From NCBI GenBank assembly GCA_031372065.1, contig JANMKN010000008.1, forward strand, positions 13,117 through 77,116: 64,000 nucleotides of DNA, given 5' to 3'. The DNA comes from Abditibacteriaceae bacterium (GTDB lineage Bacteria > Armatimonadota > Abditibacteriia > Abditibacteriales > Abditibacteriaceae). The position numbers and the translations under genes were made by a program. The notes beneath the pieces are model-generated. The model saw nothing but the letters and a program-made list of their open reading frames with translations. It had not been told where the DNA came from and did no database searches. This document shows positions 1-10,120 of the stretch, piece by piece (the first letter of the stretch is position 1; each line of letters begins with the position of its first letter).

Positions 1-391
1 TGACCCGTAAGGCGCGGGCACGACGCTCCTCGGTTTCTTCATCACCTTTAGGCGCCCTTAAATCGCGCGCTAAATCGGCGCGGGCCGTCGATAATAATTT
101 GCCCAGCGCTTGCGCGGCGTCTTTGCGCATCAAGATTTTCGTTCCGGGAATCAGCGCCAATTCGTCTTTGGGCAAATCGAAAATGCGCATACGCCCAGAC
201 TTTTCACCGCGCGCCACATGACGCCGATAAACCTCTTGCTTGAAGGCATAAACTTCGTCGCTTAACCCCGCGCGCGATAGCTTTTCCGGCGAAATGGCCG
301 CAATCGCTTCGGGCGTGGCGCCGGAAGCGGGAATCGTTGCCCACAAAGGCAAAACGAGCAAAAGAAAACGGAAAACACGCGGGTTTTTCAT
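1..391 (-). CDS. Partial secreted protein running off the window start; possibly an M15/VanY-like D,D-carboxypeptidase
   Basis: Not in the ORF track. Manual translation from ATG at 391 gives MKNPRVFRFLLLVLPLWATIPASG (signal peptide)...LMRKDAAQALGKLL..., open to base 1. The family guess rests on one weak motif. Confidence 0.6.
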   Translation of the reverse strand, partial: MKNPRVFRFLLLVLPLWATIPASGATPEAIAAISPEKLSRAGLSDEVYAFKQEVYRRHVARGEKSGRMRIFDLPKDELALIPGTKILMRKDAAQALGKLLSTARADLARDLRAPKGDEETEERRARALRV

Positions 392-412
392 GAAATGACC
401 TCTTCAAACAAT

Positions 413-3400
413 TTACGACAAGCGAAAATCTTTGACCAATACGCCGCGTTCTAAATCGAAAACCAAAAGGCGCCCGCGATTATCGAAAAGCGTGAAATGA
501 TTTTCGCCCAAGCGCACTTGAGCGTATAGCGCGCCATGCAAAGAAAAATGGGCACGTTCTTTTTGCGCCCTGCGATCTATTAACACGCATTGCAATCCTG
601 ATTCTTCGCTGACTAAAAACGTCCACCAGTGCGCTGTGCCCTGAAGAGTTTGAATCATAGGATAGATTGCCGGCCCGCTGAATGATTCTACTGTGAGAGG
701 CGGATGATTTTGTTGTGTGAACACAACAGGCTTTTCATCGCCGCCCGTTATCCGCGCCCAACTACCATCGGGCGCGACAGCGTTTGCAAAAATTTCGTGA
801 CGGATGTTGTCTTCGACAACATGGCTCCATTCGGGAATTATGGTGCGCTGACGCAAAATGAGCGAAGGCACTTCGAGTTGCCAGCGCTCCCATTTTTCGC
901 GCAATCGAAAACCGAAATTTTCGTGAGTGATAAAGCGCGTGATAAAAGCGCAGGAATGCGGTGAGCGTTCGATGCAAGCCACTTTGCCCACTTCCGACGT
1001 GTGCCACAAAGCGCCGAATTTTGGGGCAGTTGTATCAATGGCAAAGAGGCTTCCCTCGCAGGCCAAAAACCATAGCGAACCATCGTAGCTAAAAGCGCAG
1101 GCATCAAGGCGCGTTTCACACCACGAAACGGCGCGGCGCGTAGCAAAATCCAGCTTGGCAATGCGCGTTGCTTGTCCGCGCGGCGCCAAGGCCAAAGCGC
1201 GATCACCGTTATCGGAAACGACCAAACGATAACAAGGCTGATCTAAATGCGCGATGGTGCGGCCATCACGCGCCAATAAACGCGCGCCCGCTTCGCCCAG
1301 CGCCGCAACCGTGCGGCCATCGGGCAAATACGCCGCGTCGTAAAGCGGCAGCGCGCCGGTATCGCTGGCTTCGATGACAATTTCGATTTGTTGATCGCGC
1401 TCTTTGAGCGGCTTGCCGGTTGATACAAAAAGGCGCGGCGGCACATCGGCGCGTAAAGCACCATCGCCGGAAATTTCGATTAATTTCTGGCAAGCCGCTT
1501 TGCGCACCTCGTTGAAATTATCGCTGGCCGCATCGCGCACCAAAGCGCGCGCGGTGGCGCGGGCCAGCACTTTGGTGACAGGCGTTTGCGTGCCTTCATT
1601 TAAAACTTTCGCGAAAACCAAGCGGGAGTCGGCGCCTTGCGGTTCACTCAAGAATTCCAATACCATCTCGCGCAATTCGGGTTCGAGCGAAGTAGAAATT
1701 TGGCAGCGCCACGCCAGCATTCGCGCCCGCGCCATGCCACCTAAAAGCAAGCCGCGCTTCATCCATTCGCCGACTAAATTTCGCGCTTCGACAACCGGCC
1801 ATGCGGCGCACACAGCAGCCACGAAATCGCCGCCGCGCGCTAATTCGTTGGCCCATAAAAGGCGCAATTTCTGGGCGTTGGCCTTATCGGAGTCGCTGCC
1901 TTTTTCAAGACGCACAATGGCGGCGCTAAAAGCATTTTTGCGACGCGCCACCCAAATCGCGCGCTCGGTTTCGCCCGCCACCAGCCATTGACGCACAACT
2001 AAATCGGGCGGCAAATCGCGGCTTTCGGCCAGTTCGGCGGCCAAGCGCAAGCGATTTTGCCGCTCCAAATAAGCTACGGCTTCGGCGGAAGCGTGCAGCA
2101 GTTCGGCTAAAACAAAAGCCGCTTCTTCGTGGCGCCCTTGCGCTTCCAAACGTTCAAAGGCCGCGCGATATTGCTGACGTAGTTGCTCGGCGATGCCCGG
2201 AGGCATCGGCATAATCGAGGCGCCCGTGCGCCGCCCGGTGAAAATTTCGAGTAGCGCACGCGGCATCGGCAAGCCAAAAAAAGGCGCCGCTTTGCCGGTG
2301 GTCGCGCCGCCCATCGGAATGGCGTGGCGCAGAGCGTTATCTAAATCGCCGCGCGCAAACATATCCATCAAACGCGCCACATAGCGCGCTTGAATTGGCC
2401 CGTAAATGCGCCATAATCCAGCCATCCAAATCATGCGCGCGAAAGCGTTACGCCAAGCGGCAAACGGGCCTTCAACAGGTTCGGGCGGCATCAGAGAAGT
2501 GGCCGGAGCCGCCGATTTTGGCGCGACTGTCGCGGCGGGTGCGGATGATTTCGCGGGCCGTTTTTTCCATTGCACAAAGCTGTAAACCACAGCCGCTAAT
2601 AGCACCATCGCAGCGATGATTGACGGAATAATATCGCCGCGCTGCATGGCGCCGATAAGAACGCCAAGCGCCGCGCCGCCGATGAGCCAAGGCATCGGCA
2701 CATCGCCCGCAAAAGTTGGCGAGGCCGTTTGCGAAGCTGCCGGTTTTGGTTTTTTGGCTTCGGTTTCAATTTGCCGCGCCACCCAAATTACAAGAGCCAC
2801 CAGCAGAGCGCCGATTAACAAAACCAAAAACAGCACAAAAATCAGCGTGAGAATTTTGCCGACAAAAGCGCGCCAATCGAAGCCGCTTCCCGTTGCGAAA
2901 AATAAAAACAATACTACGACAAGCGCGCCGCCGAGCAGCCATTTCCATCGCCCATTGTTTTCGCCGAGCGCGTTTTTCTGCACGAAAATCCAAAACAAAA
3001 AACTCCACAGCGCCGCTATTATCGCATATAAAACAACACCCATAGCAAGCGCCCAAAAAATCGCTGAGACATTGATTTTTGCGGCGGGCAGCGACATCAA
3101 AAGCAGCGCGATGGAAGCGATGAAACCAATTTGAAAAAGCGCCACAACAACTGATAAAAACGATAATTTCCCAGCGACAACTTCGCTTTGTGCCACTGAA
3201 TCGCTTGCTCTTGTTTTGCGCGCGGTCAGGCTTTGCCACCACGCAGCGATTTCGGCGAACAGTCGCGCGAAAAGCGGGCCTTTTGGTTCTTTTTCAGGTG
3301 CAGTGCCCTGCATTTGCGCCAGCCATTTTTCCAGTTCCGGCGCGGCTTCGACCCCTAATTTTTCGCGGGCATCGAAACATTTTTCTTCGACTAACAGTTG

Positions 3401-3838
3401 GGGCGGCGCAGGCGACTCCCCCAGCGAATGTAGCGGCACCGTTTGGAAATGACCCACGTCCAGCCATCTTGAAACATCAAGCGGTTTTAATTCCGCAAGC
3501 GAAAAAACCTGCGCCGCGCCGCCGCGCAAAATCACCAGCGATTCGCTGATAATTTCCAAAGCGCGCTGTTCTTCATCAGTCAGCGGCGCGGCTAAAAGCA
3601 AGCCTTTTTCTGCGGTTAAAACCGAGCCGGGCGCGCTTTGGCAGGCCACCCAACGTGGCGCATCCCAGCGCAAAAGATAGCCGCCCGCGACTTCATAAAC
3701 TTGCGCTCCCGGCGACCAGTTTTGCAACACGCGATGGCGCGCTTTGCCTTCGCCAATCAACGCAACATCGAAAAACAAGGCCCGCGCTTCCACGGTTCCG
3801 TGATGTGTCAGGGCGCGCGGTTGAAGTTGCTTTATCAC
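413..3838 (-). CDS. bpX6-domain protein of a MoxR-vWA-beta-propeller ternary system, with an internal multi-TM segment and C-terminal beta-propeller-like region
   Basis: N-terminus PRALTHHGTVEARALFFDVALIGEGKARHRVL and core YVARLMDMFARGDLDNALRHAIP resemble bpX6 proteins. 4-nt overlap with the upstream vWA gene. Confidence 0.8.
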   Translation of the reverse strand: MIKQLQPRALTHHGTVEARALFFDVALIGEGKARHRVLQNWSPGAQVYEVAGGYLLRWDAPRWVACQSAPGSVLTAEKGLLLAAPLTDEEQRALEIISESLVILRGGAAQVFSLAELKPLDVSRWLDVGHFQTVPLHSLGESPAPPQLLVEEKCFDAREKLGVEAAPELEKWLAQMQGTAPEKEPKGPLFARLFAEIAAWWQSLTARKTRASDSVAQSEVVAGKLSFLSVVVALFQIGFIASIALLLMSLPAAKINVSAIFWALAMGVVLYAIIAALWSFLFWIFVQKNALGENNGRWKWLLGGALVVVLFLFFATGSGFDWRAFVGKILTLIFVLFLVLLIGALLVALVIWVARQIETEAKKPKPAASQTASPTFAGDVPMPWLIGGAALGVLIGAMQRGDIIPSIIAAMVLLAAVVYSFVQWKKRPAKSSAPAATVAPKSAAPATSLMPPEPVEGPFAAWRNAFARMIWMAGLWRIYGPIQARYVARLMDMFARGDLDNALRHAIPMGGATTGKAAPFFGLPMPRALLEIFTGRRTGASIMPMPPGIAEQLRQQYRAAFERLEAQGRHEEAAFVLAELLHASAEAVAYLERQNRLRLAAELAESRDLPPDLVVRQWLVAGETERAIWVARRKNAFSAAIVRLEKGSDSDKANAQKLRLLWANELARGGDFVAAVCAAWPVVEARNLVGEWMKRGLLLGGMARARMLAWRCQISTSLEPELREMVLEFLSEPQGADSRLVFAKVLNEGTQTPVTKVLARATARALVRDAASDNFNEVRKAACQKLIEISGDGALRADVPPRLFVSTGKPLKERDQQIEIVIEASDTGALPLYDAAYLPDGRTVAALGEAGARLLARDGRTIAHLDQPCYRLVVSDNGDRALALAPRGQATRIAKLDFATRRAVSWCETRLDACAFSYDGSLWFLACEGSLFAIDTTAPKFGALWHTSEVGKVACIERSPHSCAFITRFITHENFGFRLREKWERWQLEVPSLILRQRTIIPEWSHVVEDNIRHEIFANAVAPDGSWARITGGDEKPVVFTQQNHPPLTVESFSGPAIYPMIQTLQGTAHWWTFLVSEESGLQCVLIDRRAQKERAHFSLHGALYAQVRLGENHFTLFDNRGRLLVFDLERGVLVKDFRLS

Positions 3839-5655
3839 TCATCCTCCCAGCGCACGCGCAGTAAAATTTCTTCGCGTTCGAGACAATAAACCGCAAGTTC
3901 ATGCGCTGTCGCATAAGCGATGCGCGGCGCTGTCGGGCAAACCGTGACGTGCAAAATTTCTTCGCTTGCTCGCAAAACAGGGTTCCATTCCACGCGCTTA
4001 TCTATGCGGCCCCAAATTGCAATAGAACGACGGTCTGTTGACAGGCAAACAAGGCCCGGCTCTTGCCATTTGCGAACGAGGTAGATGGCGCCAATTATAT
4101 GTGTCTGCGTGGGAGGATTTAATAGAATGGGGCCGTTGCGGAAGGGAATACTAAAACTCCCGTCCATCTTAGCGATAGCAGTTGATAAAGGGTTGGCCTG
4201 AGTTGCTGAATCGCCAAAGAAAAACACCTGTTTCGCAGCTTCCAACTCGCTGCCGTCTTGAAATTTATCCGGTGGCTCAAAAGTGATAATCTTGCAGCCT
4301 TTTTCATTACTGACGGCATACAGGACATAGTGCTTGGAAGGCTGAATAATGTTTGCAACTAAAAAGGCCACAACAGAAGTTTTTTTCGCTTTGGATTCCA
4401 AGCGCAGCAAGCATTGATCTTTGGCCTGTGGCAGCCACAAAACCGGAACTACTTCGCCACCTTCGACAAAAAACAGCGGCGCTAAATGTGAAGAAAACTC
4501 AGGCGATGAATTGCGCAGCGACAAGCCCGTCCACCCATACGGGCCATAATCGAAGGGCGAAGTTTGCTTGTTGAGGCACAGTAAATGAAAGCCATCAGTG
4601 GCTTTGGTGTAGAAGCTATCTTTGGCTTTGGTAACGACCATCACTGCTTTGCCATACATTCCCGCCGCGACCAAATTTTCAACGTCGGCGGCGTAGCGTT
4701 TGGGACGCGGCATTCCGCCTTTGGCCGACTTGGGAATTTGATAAACCACGATGCCTTCGCTGTTGCGCGCTAAGAGGCGCGAGGCATCGGCGAAGATTAA
4801 ATTCGACTGGGGCGCGCACGAGGGCGAAACTTTGCGCCACTCGCGCTCGGTCATGCCCACAGCGCCAAACGGCTCGCGCAATAAGCGCGCGCATACGGCT
4901 TCTTCGGGTAACTCTAAAATGATATTTTGCGCGCTACGCTGCGCCATTTTAATTTGCACTTGCAGCGTGCGCGTTTCGATTTCGAGCGCGTCTTCGGCCA
5001 TAAAAAGCGAGGCGCCGCGCGCCGCGCCGAATTGTTCTAAATCGCGCCCGCCAAGGAGCCAAAAATCATCATATTCCGTTGTCGCATTCAAGTTTTCGCG
5101 CCACTTTGCCAACGCTTCTTCACTAAGGCTTTGCACCGTGCGCGCTTGCAACCATGTTTCGATATTATGGGGCGTGATTTCATCGAAAAGAGGCCGCGTT
5201 TCTTCTTGTAAAAGGCCCCACTCGAAACGCGCTCCGGCTAAAGCGGCGCGGCGTGCCAGAACAATTAAGGCCGCTAAATGCGCCAAGCGTGGCGTGCCAA
5301 GTTGACTTGGCCCGACATCGAAAAGCGCCACGCACGAACGCGCGCGGGCCGGTTCGCGGCGTGCCAATTTCAAAAAGGCGTGTTCGCCCATCGCTGCGCG
5401 GCGCGCAAACTCTTCGGGCAGTTCATCAGCAAGCAGCCATTCGGAAACCAGCAGCCGCTCATACAAGCCGCGCCGCGACAAGCCATCATAGCCATCGGGT
5501 TCGCCTTGCCCGGCGCGATGGCGCGCGCGCAGCGGGCCGATAGCCACATCAAGTCGCTGCACCAACGGCCCTAATTGGCGCGCCAAGTCTGTCGGAAAAA
5601 TTTCGAGCAGAGCGGCCCACGGCGCGAGTGGCGGCGGCAGTTGCACAGGTGTCAT
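3835..5655 (-). CDS. vWA-like plus beta-propeller component of the MoxR ternary system
   Basis: GEPDGYDGLSRRGLYERLLVSEWLLA motif and degenerate MIDAS LFDVGPSQLG; beta-rich C-terminal half; operonic with MoxR. Confidence 0.75.
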   Translation of the reverse strand: MTPVQLPPPLAPWAALLEIFPTDLARQLGPLVQRLDVAIGPLRARHRAGQGEPDGYDGLSRRGLYERLLVSEWLLADELPEEFARRAAMGEHAFLKLARREPARARSCVALFDVGPSQLGTPRLAHLAALIVLARRAALAGARFEWGLLQEETRPLFDEITPHNIETWLQARTVQSLSEEALAKWRENLNATTEYDDFWLLGGRDLEQFGAARGASLFMAEDALEIETRTLQVQIKMAQRSAQNIILELPEEAVCARLLREPFGAVGMTEREWRKVSPSCAPQSNLIFADASRLLARNSEGIVVYQIPKSAKGGMPRPKRYAADVENLVAAGMYGKAVMVVTKAKDSFYTKATDGFHLLCLNKQTSPFDYGPYGWTGLSLRNSSPEFSSHLAPLFFVEGGEVVPVLWLPQAKDQCLLRLESKAKKTSVVAFLVANIIQPSKHYVLYAVSNEKGCKIITFEPPDKFQDGSELEAAKQVFFFGDSATQANPLSTAIAKMDGSFSIPFRNGPILLNPPTQTHIIGAIYLVRKWQEPGLVCLSTDRRSIAIWGRIDKRVEWNPVLRASEEILHVTVCPTAPRIAYATAHELAVYCLEREEILLRVRWEDE

Positions 5656-5682
5656 GGATTTAAGGACACACGCCGTGTGTCC

Positions 5683-6129
5683 CTACGATGCAACCTCCAT
5701 AAATTTTTCCAACTCACGCCGCACCGCGCTTTGCGCCGCGCCGCAGGGCAAAACCAAATTCCATTGAGGCAAAACGGCAAGCGGCAAAGGCAGTTGCGCG
5801 AAACGCGAACGAAGAGCGCGTTCGAGAAGTAGTAAGGGCACAGCGGGCGCTAAAGTTGTCGGTAATAAAAGAGAGGGCGCTTCGGCTTCACGCCCCAAAT
5901 ATAGCGCGCCATCGGCCCACGGCAAAACTTCGGCTTCACCTAAAATAATCAACAGGTTTTCACCGGCCACGCCCGCAAGCGACGACAAAAAATCATCGTT
6001 GCGCCCCAACAAACGTCGCGCTAAAACGCGGGCCGTTTCATCACGCGCGACGACGGCACAAGCTGTTAAAGGCACAGCGCGCGTTTGCCAGTTGATTTGA
6101 AGAAGCGCGATGTTTCTATCAATTGTCAT
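5683..6129 (-). CDS. bpX5-like small protein of the MoxR ternary system
   Basis: LPWADGALYLG...LLLPTTLAPAVP motif. ATG at 6129 directly follows the MoxR stop. Confidence 0.7.
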   Translation of the reverse strand: MTIDRNIALLQINWQTRAVPLTACAVVARDETARVLARRLLGRNDDFLSSLAGVAGENLLIILGEAEVLPWADGALYLGREAEAPSLLLPTTLAPAVPLLLLERALRSRFAQLPLPLAVLPQWNLVLPCGAAQSAVRRELEKFMEVAS

Positions 6130-6130
6130 T

Positions 6131-7246
6131 TCACACAAGCGCCGCCACGATTTCACCGCGCACATCGGCCAAATTTTCAGGCAGATTTTCGGGCGCGAAA
6201 CCGGCATCTATTTCACGCGCGATGCCTTCGAGTTTCAGTTGCCACGCGGCGCGGTTTTCTTCGGGCGCGGCCAACAATTCGCGGCCTGCATTGATAAGGC
6301 GCGTGGCGCGGGCGAGCGGGCCTTGCGAAGCTTCTTCGGCGGCGGCGGGCAAGGCGCGATTGACAGTTTCACCCAGCAAAGCGCGCAAAGTTTCGCGCGC
6401 GGCGGCTTGTTCTTCGCGTTCGGGCACGGCTAAAATAATCGGCCACAAATCGGCGGGCGTGGGCACCACTCTTCCATCTAAAACGGCAGCCGCCGCGACG
6501 AGGCTTTGCACTTTTACGGCGCGTCTGTCGGTAAGATGCACGCCTGCGCTGCGTAATTGTCGAATCGCTTGCGCCAAAAGTGGGCGAATGGGTGATAAAT
6601 CGGCATTTTTGGCCGCTTGCGACAACGCATCTATGTCTTGCAGCGACGCGGCGTTTGCCATGTTTTGATTGCCCAAAATCCAGCCGCCTTCGAGCAGTTC
6701 TTCAAGGCGCGGGTCGGGAATCGGGTCAATAAAAACGCGCACTAAAAAACGGTCGGCAAAAGCGGCTAACGAGGGGTCATCGGGCAAGGCATTGGAAGCG
6801 CCAACACATAAGCGCAACGGGCATTGCATAATGGTGTGACCGCGCCGAAAAACGCGCTCGTTGAGCAAACCCAAAAGCGTGTTGAGAATCGCCGTTGAGC
6901 CGAGAAAAATTTCATCAAGAAAGGCGATTTCGGCTTCAGGCAGCATATTGCTGGTTTCGGTTTCGACAAGGCCTTCGCGCAATTTGCGCAAGTCTACTGG
7001 CCCGAAAATTTCGCTCGGCTCGGTGAAACGGCCCAGCAGATATTCAAAGTAGCGCCCGCCCGTTGCTTTCGCCACGCGCCGCACCGCTTCGCTTTTCGCC
7101 GTGCCCGGCGGCCCGATGACCAATAAATGCTCGCCTGCCACTGCGGCCAGCGCGATGGTTTCAACCAGCGCGCCGCGTTCGACCAAACCACACGCCGCAC
7201 CCGCGATGGCCGATTGCAAGGCTTGGGAAGATTGTTGAATATCCAT
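6131..7246 (-). CDS. MoxR/RavA-family AAA+ ATPase
   Basis: Walker A GPPGTAKS, FTEPSEIFGP, Walker B AFLDEIF, GASN, AFADRF. Likely start is ATG 7246. Confidence 0.93.
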   Translation of the reverse strand: MDIQQSSQALQSAIAGAACGLVERGALVETIALAAVAGEHLLVIGPPGTAKSEAVRRVAKATGGRYFEYLLGRFTEPSEIFGPVDLRKLREGLVETETSNMLPEAEIAFLDEIFLGSTAILNTLLGLLNERVFRRGHTIMQCPLRLCVGASNALPDDPSLAAFADRFLVRVFIDPIPDPRLEELLEGGWILGNQNMANAASLQDIDALSQAAKNADLSPIRPLLAQAIRQLRSAGVHLTDRRAVKVQSLVAAAAVLDGRVVPTPADLWPIILAVPEREEQAAARETLRALLGETVNRALPAAAEEASQGPLARATRLINAGRELLAAPEENRAAWQLKLEGIAREIDAGFAPENLPENLADVRGEIVAALV

Positions 7247-7319
7247 AAATTCGTTGAAGCATAGTATGCAGGGTTCGCCATTTTGAATGCGACAGTGTGG
7301 TTGGCGTTTTAGGGTGTGC

Positions 7320-7365
7320 AAAACAGAAGGCCACCTGAATTTGAATTCAGATGGCCTTCTGTTTT
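7320..7365. terminator. Long hairpin, probable intrinsic terminator of osmC
   Basis: AAAACAGAAGGCCACCTGAAT-TTGA-ATTCAGATGGCCTTCTGTTTT inverted repeat with A/T tails. Confidence 0.8.
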
Positions 7366-7376
7366 ACATTTTGATT

Positions 7377-7802
7377 TTACGATTCCAATTTGGCGTCCAT
7401 GGTGATTTCGGCTTTCAACAACTTGGAAATTGGGCAGCCTTCTTTGGCGTTTTTCGCGGCAGTCTCGAATGCGTCTTTGTCGGCGCCCGGAATGCGAACG
7501 GTTACATCCAGATGCACCGTTGTTACATCGAAACTGGCGCCGACTTTGTCCAGCGTGACGGTGGCTGTTGTTTCGATGCTCTCGGCCACCAGGCCCGCCG
7601 CGCCGAGTTGCCCTGACAATGCCATCGAAAAACAACCGGCATGAGCCGCCGCAATTAACTCTTCGGGATTAGTGCCGATGCCATTTTCAAAACGAGTGCC
7701 AAACGAATACTGGGTTTGTTGCAACACGCCGCTCTGCGTGGAAATGTTACCTTTGCCGTCTTTGAGACCGCCTTGCCAAATTGCTGATGCTGTTCGCTTC
7801 AT
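7377..7802 (-). CDS. osmC: OsmC family peroxiredoxin
   Basis: [20 protein letters not shown] and GCPISK motifs. Confidence 0.95.
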   Translation of the reverse strand: MKRTASAIWQGGLKDGKGNISTQSGVLQQTQYSFGTRFENGIGTNPEELIAAAHAGCFSMALSGQLGAAGLVAESIETTATVTLDKVGASFDVTTVHLDVTVRIPGADKDAFETAAKNAKEGCPISKLLKAEITMDAKLES

Positions 7803-7957
7803 AATGTCCTTTCAGTGCCTTGTTTTGGTGCAGCCGTCCCGTGCAATCTTTGCGCCTATCTACCATATCAGGCCCCAACACTGCGTCCCACATCATAAAT
7901 AGCCTGCTGAACGAGCTGGATGGACAGCCTAAATCACGGGCCGCGCCTATAGCATTG

Positions 7958-7986
7958 TTGCATTCATTGCCGCTTTTCAATATAAT
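7958..7986 (+). promoter_or_regulatory. Sigma70-type promoter of the tRNA gene
   Basis: TTGCAT-17 nt-TATAAT, 18 nt upstream of the tRNA. Confidence 0.75.
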
Positions 7987-8004
7987 CCAACGGGCAAAAC
8001 CCAA

Positions 8005-8077
8005 GGGGCTGTAGCGCAGTTGGGAGCGCGCTTGAATCGCACTCAAGAGGTCGGGGGTTCGAATCCCCCCAGCTCCA
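8005..8077 (+). tRNA. tRNA-Ala, anticodon CGC, CCA not encoded
   Basis: Acceptor stem GGGGCTG/CAGCTCC with G3:U70, anticodon arm CTTGA-ATCGCAC-TCAAG, T-loop TTCGAAT. Confidence 0.97.
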
Positions 8078-8253
8078 TCCTTTTTTCTTGACTTTCCGTT
8101 TGCCTTGATAAACAAGCGCACTCGACTTCACCAAGAAGCTATTCTACTGATGCTCTTCGATTCGGGAGGGCAACAAAAACGCACCTGTTATCTGGCTAAA
8201 GTCACCGTGAGCCTTTACCTCCGCACGTTTGCCCCGACGAGGGAAACGCTTTC

Positions 8254-9318
8254 TTATGCGAGGCCGCACAGGTGCAAATCTTTTCGATAAATGGTGGCTC
8301 TTCCAGTCAATTTTCTCCCCAGTTTTTGCAGTTTGCGCCAATTATCCAAACGGCGGTTCATCCATTTTTCTTCCTGAATCAAACCATGTTTGTGGTGAAA
8401 TTTCAGCAAATCGGCAAAGCGTTTTTCGGGGTCGCAGCCCAAATTATACAGCAGTTTGCGATGACAAATCGGGCAAAAATCCAAAGGCGCGGCATCGGCG
8501 TCGCCCAGTCCGTTGGAGCCGTTCATCACACATTTATAAAACAAGCAATGCGGCATCCCCAGCAGATGTCCGGTTTCGTGAGCCAGCACCTGACACGAGC
8601 GACGCAGGCCGATTTTTTCGTCGCCGGGCTGACCTTTACGGCCCGAAAATTCAGGAAAATAGCGGCAAAGGCTGTAAATGCCAACGCGAAAATCGAGACT
8701 GCCCTGACCAAAGACGAAATTCAAATCGCCCGCCCCTAAATCGGCCATCGTGACGCCCACATAAAACGCGGCATCGGGCGGTAGTTTTTGGTGCAGTTGA
8801 TAGATAAACGCCGACGCATCATATTGAACGCCGCCAGCCGCCACGCCCTGCGCGGGCCGCGTTTTCGCGTTGATGCCCAAGCCCAGCGGCTTTTCCACGC
8901 GCACCGGCAACTGAAAACAAGCGCCACAATATGCGGCGACATCGGCCAATAACTTTTTCTGCTTTTCATCGAACGGGCCGATGGGCTGCAACACAAAAAC
9001 CTTGCGCGCAGCCGTGGGCCGCATAGGGCCGGAAGCGCGATAGGCATCGAAATCCTGCACCGGATCGCGAAAGGCCGTCTGCCAACCATTGAAATTCTCC
9101 GGCGAAACGCGCGTAAATTCGGCATCCTCGCGCGCGTCCACTGTGGCATAGGCGCGTTGCTTTATCAAACGAACCATCCAACCATCCGCGTGCCCTGCGC
9201 CCGAAGTTGGCAAAGGCATATGGCGCCGCAGAAAAAAAACCAAAAACAGCGTCAGCAAAACGATAATTGTCCTGATGATGCGCCGTTTTTGGTTTTTGGG
9301 CGGCGTGACTTGCGCCAT
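8254..9318 (-). CDS. Archaemetzincin (peptidase M54) with N-terminal membrane anchor
   Basis: HETGHLLGMPHC..CVMNGSN...FCPIC zinc motifs; LNFVFGQ. Confidence 0.9.
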   Translation of the reverse strand: MAQVTPPKNQKRRIIRTIIVLLTLFLVFFLRRHMPLPTSGAGHADGWMVRLIKQRAYATVDAREDAEFTRVSPENFNGWQTAFRDPVQDFDAYRASGPMRPTAARKVFVLQPIGPFDEKQKKLLADVAAYCGACFQLPVRVEKPLGLGINAKTRPAQGVAAGGVQYDASAFIYQLHQKLPPDAAFYVGVTMADLGAGDLNFVFGQGSLDFRVGIYSLCRYFPEFSGRKGQPGDEKIGLRRSCQVLAHETGHLLGMPHCLFYKCVMNGSNGLGDADAAPLDFCPICHRKLLYNLGCDPEKRFADLLKFHHKHGLIQEEKWMNRRLDNWRKLQKLGRKLTGRATIYRKDLHLCGLA

Positions 9319-9322
9319 AAAT

Positions 9323-9994
9323 TTACGAAGTCGGCGTTGTAGTGTGATGTGGTGCGCGTTCGAGACGCGAGGCAGTTTTCCACTCGTTTAATTTGAGTTT
9401 GTCGTGCGAGAAGAAATTGCCGAAAAACACGTCAAGGCCGTCCAAAATCATAATGCCTTCATGAACCAAATCGTCCAGTTCATCGGAAGCGCCGGTATAA
9501 TCTAAACGGCCCGCCGCTTGGCCGGAACGAGCCGTTGGATAAGCCTGTAAATCGCTGCTCAGTTCAGTGCGCAGGTTGGCGCGCATTCCTTCGGCAGTGA
9601 ATTTGGCCCACACTGTAGCGTCCTGAATCTTGCCGCTAAAATCGGTGGCGATGGCGATGACGCGGTCAGCGGCTTTAGAAGCCGGATGGCCGAATTGGGC
9701 CGCGAAATTCGGATCGTTGGTATCCTTGCCGACTAATTCTGCCGTGCGCGAAAGCGCGTTAATGTCCGTCCAAACTTCGTATAAAATCGCGGCTTTCGTG
9801 GCTGTTCCGCCTTTTTGGTCGCGGATACCGCCCGCTTGCACAGCACCGATTTCATTCAAGCGCGTGATGATTTGCGGCAAGCGCACTAAAGCGTTCGCCG
9901 GGCGCGAGTTGGCGGGCCATTGGGCCTGATATTTGGTCAAAAAGGCGTTTGAATTGACCATGCGGTTCAACTGTCGAATCTCTCGTTCTGTCAT
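9323..9994 (-). CDS. Hypothetical 223-aa, predicted all-helical protein
   Basis: AGGAG RBS before ATG 9994; amphipathic helical pattern; stop lies 4 nt before the next gene. Confidence 0.8.
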   Translation of the reverse strand: MTEREIRQLNRMVNSNAFLTKYQAQWPANSRPANALVRLPQIITRLNEIGAVQAGGIRDQKGGTATKAAILYEVWTDINALSRTAELVGKDTNDPNFAAQFGHPASKAADRVIAIATDFSGKIQDATVWAKFTAEGMRANLRTELSSDLQAYPTARSGQAAGRLDYTGASDELDDLVHEGIMILDGLDVFFGNFFSHDKLKLNEWKTASRLERAPHHTTTPTS

Positions 9995-10120
9995 CGAATC
10001 TCTCCTGACAATCAAAAATGGCACGACTTGGGATTAGAATTAGGCTAACATATCAAAGTTCGATTTTCACCGTCATTTTTTCGTCTGTAAGCCCGCTTAA
10101 CTCGCATTCATAAGCATCGA

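Noticed and set aside
204..407. 67-aa ORF from the track
   Set aside because: It overlaps, in another frame, the better-supported signal-peptide CDS starting at 391.
7803..7957. Riboswitch or sRNA upstream of osmC
   Set aside because: Short GGGACGCA-like matches only; no complete known fold recognised.
8005..8077. tRNA as attachment site of an integrated island
   Set aside because: I found no integrase and no duplicated tRNA 3' end in the window.
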